From Faecalibacterium sp. (GTDB lineage Bacteria; Bacillota; Clostridia; Oscillospirales; Ruminococcaceae): a stretch of DNA of 51,213 bases. Both the position numbers and the translations under genes were made by a program. Under the pieces are notes generated by a model. It was not told the origin of the DNA. It made no database searches and was given only the letters and a program-made list of their open reading frames with translations. The stretch is taken from positions 1 through 51,213 of the forward strand of contig JAHHRK010000001.1 of NCBI GenBank assembly GCA_020025795.1, in the 5' to 3' direction. Of the stretch, positions 1-10,353 are shown piece by piece. The stretch's first letter is position 1; each line of letters opens with the position of its first letter.

Positions 1-81
1 AAGCCTGCTCTGGGCCTGAAGACCCGCAAGACCAAGAACCGCTCCGACAAGTTCATTGTCAAGCGTGCTAACGAAAAGTAA
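1..81 (+). CDS. rplB: 50S ribosomal protein L2, 3' end (partial)
   Basis: Frame 1 reads KPALGLKTRKTKNRSDKFIVKRANEK*, the L2 C-terminus; precedes rpsS. Confidence 0.95.
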   Translation, partial: KPALGLKTRKTKNRSDKFIVKRANEK

Positions 82-98
82 GAGAGGAGATTTGACTT

Positions 99-365
99 AT
101 GGGTAGAAGCATTAAAAAGGGCCCTTATGTGCAGCCCGCTCTTATGAAGCGCGTGGAAGCTATGAACGCTTCCGGCAAGAAGCAGGTCGTTAAGACCTGG
201 AGCCGTTCCTCCACGATCTTCCCCGAGTTCGTCGGTCACACCTTCGCCGTCCACGACGGCCGCAAGCATGTGCCGGTGTACGTCACTGAAGACATGGTTG
301 GTCACAAGCTGGGCGAGTTCGTGCCCACCCGCACGTTCAAAGGCCACGCAGCCACCACCAAATAA
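99..365 (+). CDS. rpsS: 30S ribosomal protein S19
   Basis: MGRSIKKGP...KTWSRSSTI...GHKLGEF; SD GGAG. Confidence 0.99.
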   Translation: MGRSIKKGPYVQPALMKRVEAMNASGKKQVVKTWSRSSTIFPEFVGHTFAVHDGRKHVPVYVTEDMVGHKLGEFVPTRTFKGHAATTK

Positions 366-383
366 TTGAAGGAGGAACACAAA

Positions 384-719
384 ATGGAAGCACGGGCAAT
401 TCTTCGTTATGCCCGCATTAGTCCTCGTAAGGTTTCTATCGTTATGGATCTGATCCGTAACAAGCCCCTGGACGAAGCGCTGGCAATCATGCAGTACACC
501 CCGAAGGCCGCTTGTGAGCCCCTTCTGAAGCTGGTGAAGTCTGCAGCCGCTAATGCGGAAAACAATTTCAACATGGACAAGAACAATCTGTACGTGGCAG
601 AGTGCTTTGTCACTCCCGGCCCCACGCTGAAGCGCATGATGCCTCGCGCACAGGGCCGCGGCTACCGCATCCTGAAGCGTACCAGCCACATGACTGTTGT
701 TCTGAAAGAGAAAGAATAA
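384..719 (+). CDS. rplV: 50S ribosomal protein L22
   Basis: RISPRKV...SAAANAENN...PRAQGR; ATG at 384 after SD GGAGG. Confidence 0.98.
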   Translation: MEARAILRYARISPRKVSIVMDLIRNKPLDEALAIMQYTPKAACEPLLKLVKSAAANAENNFNMDKNNLYVAECFVTPGPTLKRMMPRAQGRGYRILKRTSHMTVVLKEKE

Positions 720-731
720 GGAGGTAAACAA

Positions 732-1424
732 ATGGGCCAGAAAGTTAATCCGCACGGTCTGCGTGTGGGCGTCATTAAAGACTGGGACAGCCGCTGGTTT
801 ACTTCCAAGAAGGAATTCAGCGAGAACCTGGTTGAGGATCACAACATCCGTGCAGAGCTGAAGAAGCAGCTGTATGATGCAGGTATCCCCAAGATCGAGA
901 TCGAGCGTACTGTGGATGCTTCCACCGGCGCTCCCAAGGTCACCGTTAACATTTACTGCTCCAAGCCGGGCATGGTCATCGGCAAGGGCGGTGAGGCTCG
1001 CGTTGCTCTGCAGGAGCAGCTGAGCAAGAAGTACGGCAAGGCTTTTGTCGTTAACGTTATCGAGGTAAAGAGCTTCGCTACCGACGCACAGCTGGTTGCT
1101 GAAGACATCGCTCGTCAGCTGGAGAACCGTGTCACCTTCCGTCGTGCCATGAAGCAGAGCATGCGCAATGCTATGAGCCCCCGTGATCGCAGCACTGTTC
1201 CCGCTAAGGGCATCAAGGCAATGTGCTCCGGCCGTCTGGGCGGCGCTGACATTGCTCGTACCGAGAGCTATCACGAAGGCACCATCCCCCTGCAGACCCT
1301 GCGTGCAGACATCGACTACGGCTTCGCAGAAGCTAACACCACCTACGGTAAGATCGGTGTTAAGGTTTGGATCTACAAGGGCGAAGTGCTGAAGAGCGTA
1401 AAGAAGGAAGGAGGCAACAAGTAA
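732..1424 (+). CDS. rpsC: 30S ribosomal protein S3
   Basis: [11 protein letters not shown]...PGMVIGKGG...[12 protein letters not shown]. Confidence 0.99.
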   Translation: MGQKVNPHGLRVGVIKDWDSRWFTSKKEFSENLVEDHNIRAELKKQLYDAGIPKIEIERTVDASTGAPKVTVNIYCSKPGMVIGKGGEARVALQEQLSKKYGKAFVVNVIEVKSFATDAQLVAEDIARQLENRVTFRRAMKQSMRNAMSPRDRSTVPAKGIKAMCSGRLGGADIARTESYHEGTIPLQTLRADIDYGFAEANTTYGKIGVKVWIYKGEVLKSVKKEGGNK

Positions 1425-1861
1425 TGCTGCTGCCTAAGCGTGTTAAATATCGCCGCGTTCACCGCGGTCGTATGACGGGCAAGGCTCTGCGCGGTAACAC
1501 CGTGAACCAGGGCCAGTACGGCCTGATGGCTATGGAGCCCGCCTGGATTACTTCCAAGCAGATCGAAGCAGCCCGTGTTGCCATGACTCGTTACATCAAG
1601 CGTGGCGGCAAGGTCTGGATCAAGATCTTCCCCGATAAGCCCGTTACCGAAAAGCCCGCTGAAACCCGAATGGGTTCCGGTAAGGGCAGCCCGGAGTACT
1701 GGGTTGCTGTTGTTAAGCCCGGCCGCGTTATGTTTGAGCTGGCTGATGTTGATGAGGCAACTGCTCGCGAGGCTCTGCGCCTGGCTATGCACAAGCTGCC
1801 CGTCAAGTGCAAATTTGTGGTCCGTGAGGATCTGAAGGAGGATGGCACGAATGAAGGCTAA
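1424..1861 (+). CDS. rplP: 50S ribosomal protein L16
   Basis: [11 protein letters not shown]...RMGSGKG; TAATG overlap with rpsC stop. Confidence 0.98.
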   Translation: MLLPKRVKYRRVHRGRMTGKALRGNTVNQGQYGLMAMEPAWITSKQIEAARVAMTRYIKRGGKVWIKIFPDKPVTEKPAETRMGSGKGSPEYWVAVVKPGRVMFELADVDEATAREALRLAMHKLPVKCKFVVREDLKEDGTNEG

Positions 1862-2036
1862 GGAACTGCGCGAACTGCAGGTTGCAGAGCTGAACACTAA
1901 GCTGGGTGAGCTCAAGAGCGAACTGTTTAACCTCCGTTTCCAGCATGCCATCAACCAGCTGGAAAACCCCGGCCGCATTGATGCTGTCAAGAAGGACATC
2001 GCTCGCGTGATGACCATTCTGGCAGAAAAGCAGTAA
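1851..2036 (+). CDS. rpmC: 50S ribosomal protein L29
   Basis: MKAKELR...ELFNLRFQ...KKDIARVMT; start chosen from SD GGAGG spacing. Confidence 0.96.
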   Translation: MKAKELRELQVAELNTKLGELKSELFNLRFQHAINQLENPGRIDAVKKDIARVMTILAEKQ

Positions 2037-2048
2037 GGAGGTTATACG

Positions 2049-2306
2049 ATGGAAGAACGTAATCTGAGAAAGACCCGCGTCGGCGTTGTTGTGTCCGACA
2101 AAATGGATAAGACCATCGTGGTTGCCGTTAAGGATAGCGTGCAGCACCCCCTGTACAAGAAGATCCTGAAGCGTACCGTGAAGTTCAAGGCTCGTGATGA
2201 GAAGAGCGAGTGCGGTATTGGTGACCGTGTCGAGATCATGGAGTGCCGTCCCCTGTCTAAGGAAGTTAACTGGCGCCTGGTCAAGATCATCGAGAAGGCA
2301 AAGTAA
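2049..2306 (+). CDS. rpsQ: 30S ribosomal protein S17
   Basis: [14 protein letters not shown]...HPLYKK...ECRPLSK. Confidence 0.99.
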   Translation: MEERNLRKTRVGVVVSDKMDKTIVVAVKDSVQHPLYKKILKRTVKFKARDEKSECGIGDRVEIMECRPLSKEVNWRLVKIIEKAK

Positions 2307-2341
2307 TTTTGCTTTGGTAACTTTGAAAGGAGAAATCTGAT

Positions 2342-2710
2342 ATGGTTCAGATGCAGACTTATCTCAAAGTGGCCGACAACACCGGTGCCAAGGAACTGAT
2401 GTGCTTCCGTGTGCTGGGCGGTACCCGCAAGAGATACGCAAACATTGGTGACGTCGTTGTGTGCTCCGTTAAGAAGGCAGCACCTGGCGGCACTGTTAAG
2501 AAGGGCGACGTCGTGAAGGCTGTTATCGTACGCAGCAAGCACGGTCTGCGTCGCGCAGACGGCAGCTACATTCGTTTCGACGAGAACGCAGCCGTCATCA
2601 TTGGAGCCGATAAGAGCCCCAAGGGCACCCGTATTTTTGGACCCGTTGCCCGTGAGCTCCGTGAGGCTGGTTACACCAAGATCCTGAGCCTGGCTCCGGA
2701 ATCGCTGTAA
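2342..2710 (+). CDS. rplN: 50S ribosomal protein L14
   Basis: VADNTGAK...FDENAAVII...[13 protein letters not shown]. Confidence 0.99.
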   Translation: MVQMQTYLKVADNTGAKELMCFRVLGGTRKRYANIGDVVVCSVKKAAPGGTVKKGDVVKAVIVRSKHGLRRADGSYIRFDENAAVIIGADKSPKGTRIFGPVARELREAGYTKILSLAPESL

Positions 2711-2723
2711 GGAGGTTTTAAGA

Positions 2724-3038
2724 ATGAATAATCTTCATGTTAAAACCGGCGATAACGTCATGATCATCAGCGGTAAGGATAAGGGCCAGACCGGCAAGGT
2801 TCTGCAGGTCAGCCCCTCCGAAGGCAAGGTCATCGTTGAAGGCCGCAACATGGTCACGAAGCACGTCAAGCCTCGCCGTCAGGGCGAGCAGGGCGGCATC
2901 GTGAAGGCTGAGGGTGCTCTGTACGCATCCAAGGTCCAGATCGTTTGCCCCAAGTGCGGCAAGACCACTCGTGTTGGTCATGTCGTTAAGGATGGCAAGA
3001 ACATTCGCGTTTGCAAGAAGTGCGGCGCAGAACTGTAA
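2724..3038 (+). CDS. rplX: 50S ribosomal protein L24
   Basis: KOW motif [21 protein letters not shown] pair. Confidence 0.98.
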   Translation: MNNLHVKTGDNVMIISGKDKGQTGKVLQVSPSEGKVIVEGRNMVTKHVKPRRQGEQGGIVKAEGALYASKVQIVCPKCGKTTRVGHVVKDGKNIRVCKKCGAEL

Positions 3039-3055
3039 GGGAAGGAGTAGGAAAG

Positions 3056-3595
3056 ATGGCTCGTCTGAAAGAACAGTATGTGAAAGAGATCGCTCCTGCT
3101 CTGAACGCAAAGTTCGGCTACAAGAGCGTTATGCAGATCCCCAAGTTGGATAAGGTTGTTATCAACGTTGCCTGCGGCGACGCTAAGGATAACGCTAAGA
3201 TCCTGGACGCTGTTATCAATGATCTGAATCAGATCTGCGGCCAGCGTGGCACTATCTGCAAGGCAAAGAAGAGCGTTGCTAACTTTAAGCTGCGCGCAGG
3301 CACCCCGATCGGCGTTAAGCTGACTCTGCGTGGTGACCGTATGTATGAGTTCGTTGATCGTTTCTTCAACGTTGCTCTGCCCCGTGTCCGCGACTTCCGC
3401 GGCATCAACGGCAACTCCTTCGATGGCCGTGGCAACTACGCTTGCGGCATCAAGGAGCAGATCATCTTCCCCGAGATTGACTTCGACAAGGTCGACGCAA
3501 TCCGCGGCATGGATATCTGCTTTGTTACCACCGCTAAGACCGACGAAGAGGCCAAGGAGCTGCTGAAGGCTCTGGGCGCTCCGTTCGCTAACTAA
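3056..3595 (+). CDS. rplE: 50S ribosomal protein L5
   Basis: MARLKEQY...PKLDKVVIN...LPRVRDFRG...IIFPEI. Confidence 0.98.
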   Translation: MARLKEQYVKEIAPALNAKFGYKSVMQIPKLDKVVINVACGDAKDNAKILDAVINDLNQICGQRGTICKAKKSVANFKLRAGTPIGVKLTLRGDRMYEFVDRFFNVALPRVRDFRGINGNSFDGRGNYACGIKEQIIFPEIDFDKVDAIRGMDICFVTTAKTDEEAKELLKALGAPFAN

Positions 3596-3617
3596 GAGAA
3601 AGGGAGGAACTCTGATT

Positions 3618-3803
3618 ATGGCTAAGTTGTCTATGAAGCTGAAGCAGGCTCGTCCCGCTAAGTTCTCTACCCGCGCTTACACTCGTTGCAAGATCTGCGG
3701 TCGTCCTCACTCCGTCCTGCGCAAGTACGGTATCTGCCGTATCTGCTTCCGCGAGATGGCATACAAGGGCGAGATTCCTGGTGTGAAGAAGGCTTCTTGG
3801 TAA
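3618..3803 (+). CDS. rpsN: 30S ribosomal protein S14, zinc-binding type Z
   Basis: 61 aa, RCKICGR...CRICFR...GVKKASW. Confidence 0.98.
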   Translation: MAKLSMKLKQARPAKFSTRAYTRCKICGRPHSVLRKYGICRICFREMAYKGEIPGVKKASW

Positions 3804-3864
3804 GCTTTTTTCTCATAAATATACGAACATTCACAATTTGAACTAATCTTAGGAGGTTAGTGGC

Positions 3865-4263
3865 ATGCACATTACTGATCCTATCGCGGACCTGCTGACT
3901 CGCATCCGCAACGCTGGCACTGCCAAACACCCTTCTGTAGAAATCCCCGCTTCTAATATGAAGAAGGCAATCTGCCAGATCCTGGTAGATGAGGGCTACA
4001 TCAAGGGCATGCAGGTCAAGAACGACACCCCCCAGGGCACTATCGTCCTGACCCTGAAGTACCAGGAAGACGGTTCTTCCGTTATCGCTGGTCTGCGCCG
4101 TGTTTCTAAGCCCGGCCTGCGTATCTACACCAACTGCGAGAACATGCCCAAGGTCATGAAGGGCCTGGGCGTCGCTATCATCTCCACTTCCAAGGGCATC
4201 ATGACCGATAAGGCTGCTCGCGCAGCTAACGTCGGCGGCGAAGTGCTGGCCTTTGTGTGGTAA
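3865..4263 (+). CDS. rpsH: 30S ribosomal protein S8
   Basis: [12 protein letters not shown]...SKPGLRIY...STSKGIMT...GGEV. Confidence 0.99.
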   Translation: MHITDPIADLLTRIRNAGTAKHPSVEIPASNMKKAICQILVDEGYIKGMQVKNDTPQGTIVLTLKYQEDGSSVIAGLRRVSKPGLRIYTNCENMPKVMKGLGVAIISTSKGIMTDKAARAANVGGEVLAFVW

Positions 4264-4280
4264 GAAAGGGGTAAAAGACA

Positions 4281-4832
4281 ATGTCGAGAATTGGAAGAAA
4301 ACCCATCGTCATTCCTGCCGGCGTCACGGTTACTGTTGACCAGGCTGCTCACACCGTTGATGTCAAGGGCCCCAAGGGTAACCTGCATTCCAACTATCAT
4401 CCCATGATGACCGTTGCGGTCGAGGGCAATGAAGTTTTGGTCACCCGCCCCAATGACGACAAGGAAGCACGTAGCCTGCACGGCCTGACTCGCACTCTGA
4501 TTGCGAACATGGTTGAAGGCGTTACCAACGAGTTTAGCAAGGCTCTGGAACTGCAGGGCGTTGGTTTCCGTTGGCAGAAGCAGGGCAGCAATCTGGTTAT
4601 GAACCTGGGCTTCTCTCATCAGGTTACTGTTTCTGAAACCGAAGACGTCAAGATCGATCTGATCGACGCAAACCACATCACCGTCCACGGTGCTGACAAG
4701 CAGAAGGTTGGCCAGTTTGCTGCTGACCTGCGCGCTAAGCGTGCTCCGGAACCCTACAAGGGCAAGGGCATCCGCTACAAGGGCGAAGTTGTTAAGCACA
4801 AGGAAGGCAAGGCCGGTAAGGGCAAGAAATAA
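4281..4832 (+). CDS. rplF: 50S ribosomal protein L6
   Basis: MSRIGRKPI...PEPYKGKGIRY. Confidence 0.99.
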   Translation: MSRIGRKPIVIPAGVTVTVDQAAHTVDVKGPKGNLHSNYHPMMTVAVEGNEVLVTRPNDDKEARSLHGLTRTLIANMVEGVTNEFSKALELQGVGFRWQKQGSNLVMNLGFSHQVTVSETEDVKIDLIDANHITVHGADKQKVGQFAADLRAKRAPEPYKGKGIRYKGEVVKHKEGKAGKGKK

Positions 4833-4850
4833 GGTAAGGAGTGAGAGACA

Positions 4851-5210
4851 ATGGTTAAGCAGATTGACAAGAACGAAGCTCGCCTTCGTCGTCATCGCCG
4901 CGTTCGCGGCAAGATCAGCGGCACCGCCGCACGTCCTCGTCTGGATGTTTTCCGCTCCGCCAAGCACATCTACGCTCAGATCATCGACGATGAGGCTGGC
5001 GTGACCCTGGCTGCAGCATCCACCATGGACAAGGATTTCAATGGTTACGGCGGCAACATTGAGGCCGCTACCCAGGTTGGCAAGAACATTGCTGCCAAGG
5101 CTCTGGAAAAGGGCATCACCGAGGTCGTTTTCGACCGTGGTGGTTTCGTGTATCATGGCCGTGTCAAGGCCGTAGCTGAGGGCGCTCGCGAGGGCGGCCT
5201 GAAGCTGTGA
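4851..5210 (+). CDS. rplR: 50S ribosomal protein L18
   Basis: RPRLDVFRS...IYAQIIDD...FDRGG..YHGRV. Confidence 0.99.
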   Translation: MVKQIDKNEARLRRHRRVRGKISGTAARPRLDVFRSAKHIYAQIIDDEAGVTLAAASTMDKDFNGYGGNIEAATQVGKNIAAKALEKGITEVVFDRGGFVYHGRVKAVAEGAREGGLKL

Positions 5211-5229
5211 TGAGAGGAGGAGACACAAT

Positions 5230-5733
5230 ATGGCTATGAGAAATCGTGAGCCCGATGATGGCATGATCACTAAGGTCGTCTCCATCAATCGCGTTTCTAA
5301 GACCGTTAAGGGCGGCCGCATCATGAAGTTCGCTGCCCTGGTCGTTGTCGGCGACGGCAAGAACACCATCGGCTACGGCATCGGCAAGTCCGGTGAAGTT
5401 CCCGAGGCCATCCGCAAGGGTGAAGCTGCTGCTAAGAAGAACCTGCACAAGATCTCTCTGAAGGGTACCACCATTCCCCACGAGACCATCGGCAAGTTCG
5501 GCGCTGGCGCAGTTCTGATGAAGCCCGCAGCTCCCGGTACCGGCGTTATCGCTGGTGGCCCTGTGCGTGCTGTCATCGAAGTGTCCGGTATCAAGGACAT
5601 CCGTACGAAGTCTATGCGTTCCAACAACCCCGTAAACGTTGTTGCCGCTACTTTCGCAGGTCTGACTGGCCTGGTCAGCGCTGAAGAAGTCGCTGCCAAG
5701 CGTGGCAAGACTGTGAAGGAAATTCTGGGCTAA
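5230..5733 (+). CDS. rpsE: 30S ribosomal protein S5
   Basis: [12 protein letters not shown]...[12 protein letters not shown]. Confidence 0.99.
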   Translation: MAMRNREPDDGMITKVVSINRVSKTVKGGRIMKFAALVVVGDGKNTIGYGIGKSGEVPEAIRKGEAAAKKNLHKISLKGTTIPHETIGKFGAGAVLMKPAAPGTGVIAGGPVRAVIEVSGIKDIRTKSMRSNNPVNVVAATFAGLTGLVSAEEVAAKRGKTVKEILG

Positions 5734-5747
5734 GGAGGTAACGAAAC

Positions 5748-5933
5748 ATGGCAGACAAGATGCTCAAGATCGAGCTGAAGAAGAGCCTGATCGGCCGTGG
5801 CGATAAGCACATTGCTACCGCTCACAGCCTGGGCCTGAAGAAGCCGGGCGACGTTACTGTTCAGCCCGCTAACGATGCAACGCAGGGCAAGATCGCAAAG
5901 ATCAGCTACCTGCTGAGCGTCACCGAAGCGTAA
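5748..5933 (+). CDS. rpmD: 50S ribosomal protein L30
   Basis: LKIELKKSLIGR...SLGLKK; canonical position. Confidence 0.95.
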   Translation: MADKMLKIELKKSLIGRGDKHIATAHSLGLKKPGDVTVQPANDATQGKIAKISYLLSVTEA

Positions 5934-5951
5934 CAACAGGGAGGTAGCGCA

Positions 5952-6392
5952 ATGAAACTGCATGAACTGCACGCTGTTCCCGGTGCTAACAAGGCTGTGA
6001 CCCGCAAGGGCCGCGGCAACGGCTCCGGCAACGGTAAGACTGCCGGTTACGGCAGCAAGGGTCAGAAAGCACGCTCTGGTGTCAAGAAGGCCGGCTTCGA
6101 AGGCGGCCAGATGCCTCTGCAGCGCCGCCTGCCCAAGTTTGGCTTTAAGAACATTTTTGCCACCCAGTACGCAATCGTTAAGATTAGCGATCTGGAAGAG
6201 CGCTTCAACGCCGGCGACGTCGTTGATACTGAAGCTCTGAAGGCAAAAGGCCTGATCAAGAAGACCCTGGACGGTGTTAAAGTCCTGGGCAACGGCGAGC
6301 TGACTAAGGCCCTGACCGTTAAGGCCGCAGCCTACTCCGCTTCTGCCAAGGAAAAGATCGAAAAGGCAGGCGGAAAGGCTGAGGTGATGTAA
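5952..6392 (+). CDS. rplO: 50S ribosomal protein L15
   Basis: [13 protein letters not shown]...[18 protein letters not shown]. Confidence 0.99.
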   Translation: MKLHELHAVPGANKAVTRKGRGNGSGNGKTAGYGSKGQKARSGVKKAGFEGGQMPLQRRLPKFGFKNIFATQYAIVKISDLEERFNAGDVVDTEALKAKGLIKKTLDGVKVLGNGELTKALTVKAAAYSASAKEKIEKAGGKAEVM

Positions 6393-6393
6393 G

Positions 6394-7689
6394 GTGTTTG
6401 CAACATTCCGAAACGCATGGAAGATTCCCGAACTGAAAAAGCGTATGCTGTTTACGCTGCTCATCCTCGTGGTCTACCGTCTGGGTTGTGCTGTGCCGGT
6501 GCCGTTCGTTAACGGTGCCGCACTGGAATCCATGTTCTCTACCGGCAATATGCTGGGTTACCTGAACATGATGTCCGGTGGCGCATTGTCTCAGTCGACG
6601 CTTTTCGCTTTGGGTGTTATTCCCTACATCAATGCATCGATTATTATTCAGTTGCTGACCGTAGCGATTCCTTACCTGGAAAACCTGGCTAAGGAACCCA
6701 ACGGCCAGAACAAACTGCAGCAGATCACTCGTTATGCAGGTGCTGGCGTCGCATTCGTGATGTCCATCGGCTACTACTTTGTTCTGCGTGCACAGGGCGC
6801 GCTGGCTTATACCACCGGCGGCGCTGGCTGGTTTGCAGCTATCGTTGTTATTCTGGCCTTTACGGCTGGTGCACAGTTGATCACCTGGTGCGGTGAGCAG
6901 ATTGACGATAAGGGTATCGGCAACGGTATCTCTTTGCTGATCTTCGCTTCCATCGTTTCCAACTGGTCCGGTGTGTACCGTACCGTTGCCGGCCTGCTGG
7001 TCGAAGCTCAGAATGGCAAGCCCTTCCTGTATGTTGTTCTGCCCCTGCTGCTGGTGCTGGCTGTCGCGGCGATCGTGTTCATCATCGTCCTGACCAATGC
7101 CGAGCGCCGCATCCCGGTCATCTACGCTAAGCGCGTGATGGGCCGCAAGATGATGGGTGGCCAGAACAGCTACATTCCGCTGAAGGTCAACATGAGCGGC
7201 GTTATGCCCGTCATCTTCGCATCTGCTATCCTGTCCGTTCCTGGCATGATTGCAAGCTTTGTGAATGTGAACGCAAGCAACCACCCGTTCTGGTATGCAT
7301 TCCTGCATGCCTTTGACTACAACACCATCCTGTATGTTGTGCTGTACGTCCTGTTGATCATTGGATTCAACTATTTCTATGTTGCAATTCAGTACAACCC
7401 CATCGAAATCGCTAACAATCTGCGCCAGAACAATGGTACCGTTCCCGGTATGCGTCCCGGCAAGCCGACCAGCGATTTCATTGCAAAGACCTTGAGCAAG
7501 ATCACCCTGATCGGTGCAATCTTCCTGGCCATCGTTGCTATCACGCCTATCGTGCTGGGCAACCTGACCGGTGTAGCTATCCAGCTGGGCGGTACCAGCC
7601 TGCTGATCGTTGTTGGCGTGGCTCTGGACACCACCCGCAGCATGGACAGCTATATGACTATGCGTAGCCATAAGGGCTTCCTGGGTTAA
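6394..7689 (+). CDS. secY: Preprotein translocase subunit SecY
   Basis: LGVIPYINASII, GIGNGISL, GVMPVIFA, PGMRPG, GGTSLLI; GTG start. Confidence 0.99.
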   Translation: MFATFRNAWKIPELKKRMLFTLLILVVYRLGCAVPVPFVNGAALESMFSTGNMLGYLNMMSGGALSQSTLFALGVIPYINASIIIQLLTVAIPYLENLAKEPNGQNKLQQITRYAGAGVAFVMSIGYYFVLRAQGALAYTTGGAGWFAAIVVILAFTAGAQLITWCGEQIDDKGIGNGISLLIFASIVSNWSGVYRTVAGLLVEAQNGKPFLYVVLPLLLVLAVAAIVFIIVLTNAERRIPVIYAKRVMGRKMMGGQNSYIPLKVNMSGVMPVIFASAILSVPGMIASFVNVNASNHPFWYAFLHAFDYNTILYVVLYVLLIIGFNYFYVAIQYNPIEIANNLRQNNGTVPGMRPGKPTSDFIAKTLSKITLIGAIFLAIVAITPIVLGNLTGVAIQLGGTSLLIVVGVALDTTRSMDSYMTMRSHKGFLG

Positions 7690-7731
7690 TTTGCAACAAG
7701 AGATTGAAATCATCGAAAGGGGACAGATCCT

Positions 7732-8370
7732 ATGAATCTGATTTTGTTGGGTGCGCCTGGTGCAGGAAAAGGCACGCAGGCAGAAATCATCAGCAAGACT
7801 TGTAAGATTCCCGCTATTAGCACAGGCAACATTTTGCGTGCTGCCATCAAGGATAATACTGAGATGGGCCAGAAGGCAAAAGGCTTTATGGATGCGGGTC
7901 AGTTGGTCCCCGATGATGTGATTATCGGTATCGTTAAGGAGCGCCTGAACGCTCCCGACTGCGCAAACGGCTTCATCCTGGACGGCGTGCCCCGCACGAT
8001 CGCCCAGGCAGAAGCCATCGAGCGCATGGGTATCCGCATCGACACGGTGTTGGAACTGGCGGTCGCAGATGAAGACATCATCAAGCGTATGAGTGGTCGT
8101 CGGGTCTGTGAGGCCTGCGGCGCCAGCTACCACGTAGCTAACAAGCCCAGCAAGACCGAAGGCGTCTGCGATGCCTGCGGCGGCGATCTGGTCACCCGCA
8201 AGGATGACCTGCCGGAAACCGTGCTGGATCGCTTGAAGGCTTATCATGAACAGACCGAACCGCTGGTCGCTTTCTATAAGGAACGCGGCAAGCTGATCGT
8301 TGTCGACAATCAGCCCACGATCGAAGCCACTACGGTAAAGGTCATGGAAGCGCTGAACGTGGAGGCATAA
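7732..8370 (+). CDS. adk: Adenylate kinase (zinc-lid type)
   Basis: P-loop GAPGAGKGT, GFILDGVPR, CEAC/CDAC lid. Confidence 0.99.
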   Translation: MNLILLGAPGAGKGTQAEIISKTCKIPAISTGNILRAAIKDNTEMGQKAKGFMDAGQLVPDDVIIGIVKERLNAPDCANGFILDGVPRTIAQAEAIERMGIRIDTVLELAVADEDIIKRMSGRRVCEACGASYHVANKPSKTEGVCDACGGDLVTRKDDLPETVLDRLKAYHEQTEPLVAFYKERGKLIVVDNQPTIEATTVKVMEALNVEA

Positions 8371-8371
8371 G

Positions 8372-9145
8372 GTGATTCAAATCAAAACAGCCAAAGAACT
8401 CGAAGGGATGCGCCGCGCTTGCGCGATCAGTGCGGCAGCCCTGAAGTTCGGCGGCGATCATATCGAAGCCGGTATGACCACCGCAGAGTTGGATAAACTC
8501 ATTTATGATTTTATCGTGAAGCACGGCGCAAAGCCAAACTTCAAAGGTCTGTATGGATTCCCCGGCACGGCATGCATCAGTTTGAATGACACAGTCATTC
8601 ATGGCATCCCCAGCAAGGATATCCAGATCCGACCTGGCGATATTGTTAGCATCGACACGGGCGCAAAGATCAATGGCTTCAATGGCGATAATGCCTGCAC
8701 CTTCGCGTGCGGCAAGATCGACATCGAAGCGCAGCGTCTGCTGGATGTGACCAAACAAGCACTGCATCTGGGCATTGCTCAGGCGCAGGTAGGCAATCGA
8801 ATCGGTGACATTGGTTACGCGGTTCAGAACTACTGCGAGGAGAACGGATTCTCCGTTGTCCGCGAGTTTGTTGGTCATGGCATCGGCAAGGAGCTGCACG
8901 AGGACCCCGAAGTGCCGAACTTCGGTCACGAGGGCAGAGGCCCCCGCTTGGTCAGCGGCATGACGATTGCAATCGAGCCGATGATCTGTGAGAAGGACCG
9001 CAAAGTGAAAACTTTGTCCGACGGTTGGACGGTCAAGACCCGCGACGGTGGCCTGGCTGCTCATTTCGAGCATACCGTGGCTATCCTGCCGGGCGGCCCC
9101 GAGATTCTTACCATCGGTTGGGAAGGCCCCGAATCCACGCTGTAA
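8372..9145 (+). CDS. map: Methionine aminopeptidase type I
   Basis: CISLNDTVIHGIP, GHGIG..LHEDP, AIEPM, HFEHT; GTG start. Confidence 0.98.
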   Translation: MIQIKTAKELEGMRRACAISAAALKFGGDHIEAGMTTAELDKLIYDFIVKHGAKPNFKGLYGFPGTACISLNDTVIHGIPSKDIQIRPGDIVSIDTGAKINGFNGDNACTFACGKIDIEAQRLLDVTKQALHLGIAQAQVGNRIGDIGYAVQNYCEENGFSVVREFVGHGIGKELHEDPEVPNFGHEGRGPRLVSGMTIAIEPMICEKDRKVKTLSDGWTVKTRDGGLAAHFEHTVAILPGGPEILTIGWEGPESTL

Positions 9146-9152
9146 TACGAAG

Positions 9153-9184
9153 AAGTTTCCGCCTGAAAGGGCGGAAACTTTTTT
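9153..9184 (+). terminator. Intrinsic terminator after map
   Basis: AAGTTTCCGCC-tgaaag-GGCGGAAACTT followed by T-run. Confidence 0.85.
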
Positions 9185-9288
9185 ACCGCGGGGGTCTCGA
9201 TCAGTATGTCTGCTGTAAATACCACGGCGAAACGGTTATGCAGACTAGGCTGGTCCGAAATTTTTGCCGTAAATCGCAAAAAAAGTCC

Positions 9289-9317
9289 TTGCAATGTAAG
9301 ACAAATCGGAGTATAAT
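9289..9317 (+). promoter_or_regulatory. Sigma-A-type promoter for the infA-rplQ block
   Basis: TTGCAA-N17-TATAAT. Confidence 0.8.
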
Positions 9318-9479
9318 ATATAATCGCCGTGGTAAACCAGATGTTTTCTGAGGCAAAGGGGAAAGTATGCCCTTTTGTCATTGGATTTTGTGCCAATAAG
9401 ACAGAAGATATGTGGTTTCCATTGCATCCGTCCGTTACGAAGACAAACTCTGAGCAGACCCAAAGAGGAGGCAATTAGC

Positions 9480-9731
9480 TTGTCTAAAGAAGACGTCATC
9501 GAAGTTGAAGGTGTTGTTCGTGAGGCAATGCCCAACGCTACTTTTAAAGTAGAGTTGTACAGCGAAAACAAGGAAACCGGTAAGCTGGTTCCCACTGGTC
9601 ACGTTATCGCTGCTCACATCTCCGGTAAGCTGCGTACCAATTTTATCCGCATCCTGCCCGGAGATAAAGTCACGATGGAAATGTCGCCCTACGATATGAC
9701 GAAGGGCCGCATTACCTGGCGTTCCAAATAA
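9480..9731 (+). CDS. infA: Translation initiation factor IF-1 (83 aa, internal insertion)
   Basis: TTG start after [25 protein letters not shown]...[27 protein letters not shown]. Confidence 0.97.
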   Translation: MSKEDVIEVEGVVREAMPNATFKVELYSENKETGKLVPTGHVIAAHISGKLRTNFIRILPGDKVTMEMSPYDMTKGRITWRSK

Positions 9732-9770
9732 GTTGGAGCGTCCTTAGAACTATACAAGGAGGTTCACATC

Positions 9771-9884
9771 ATGAAGGTCAAGCCTTCCGTCAAACCCATC
9801 TGCGAGAAATGCAAAGTCATTCGCCGCAAAGGCCGCGTGATGGTCATCTGCACGAACCCCAAGCACAAGCAGCGTCAGGGCTAA
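9771..9884 (+). CDS. rpmJ: 50S ribosomal protein L36 (below the ORF-track cutoff)
   Basis: Manual translation [45 protein letters not shown]. Confidence 0.98.
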   Translation: MKVKPSVKPICEKCKVIRRKGRVMVICTNPKHKQRQG

Positions 9885-9966
9885 TTACCGGCGCCTGGGG
9901 GCCAAGTGCGTAGAATCCCGGCGCAGGCCCCGACACTGACATGGGATGAATTTGGAGGAAAACCAT

Positions 9967-10338
9967 ATGGCACGTATTGCCGGCGTTGACCTGCCCCGCG
10001 AAAAGCGCGTGGAGATCGGTCTCACCTACATTTACGGTATCGGTCTGACTACTTCCAAGAAGATCCTGGAAGCTACCGGTATCAATCCTGACACCCGCGT
10101 CAAGGATCTGACCAACGATGAAGAGTCCAAGATTCGTGACTACATCGATCAGGCAGGTATCCTGGTTGAGGGTGACCTGCGTCGTAACGTCGCTCTGGAC
10201 ATCAAGCGTCTGGTTGAGATCCAGTCCTACCGCGGCGTGCGCCATCGCAAGGGTCTGCCTTGCCGTGGCCAGCGCACTAAGACCAATGCTCGTACCCGCA
10301 AGGGCCCCAAGCGTACGGTCGCAAATAAGAAGAAGTAA
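9967..10338 (+). CDS. rpsM: 30S ribosomal protein S13
   Basis: [10 protein letters not shown]...IYGIG...[14 protein letters not shown]. Confidence 0.99.
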   Translation: MARIAGVDLPREKRVEIGLTYIYGIGLTTSKKILEATGINPDTRVKDLTNDEESKIRDYIDQAGILVEGDLRRNVALDIKRLVEIQSYRGVRHRKGLPCRGQRTKTNARTRKGPKRTVANKKK

Positions 10339-10353
10339 GGAGGATTACGCGTA

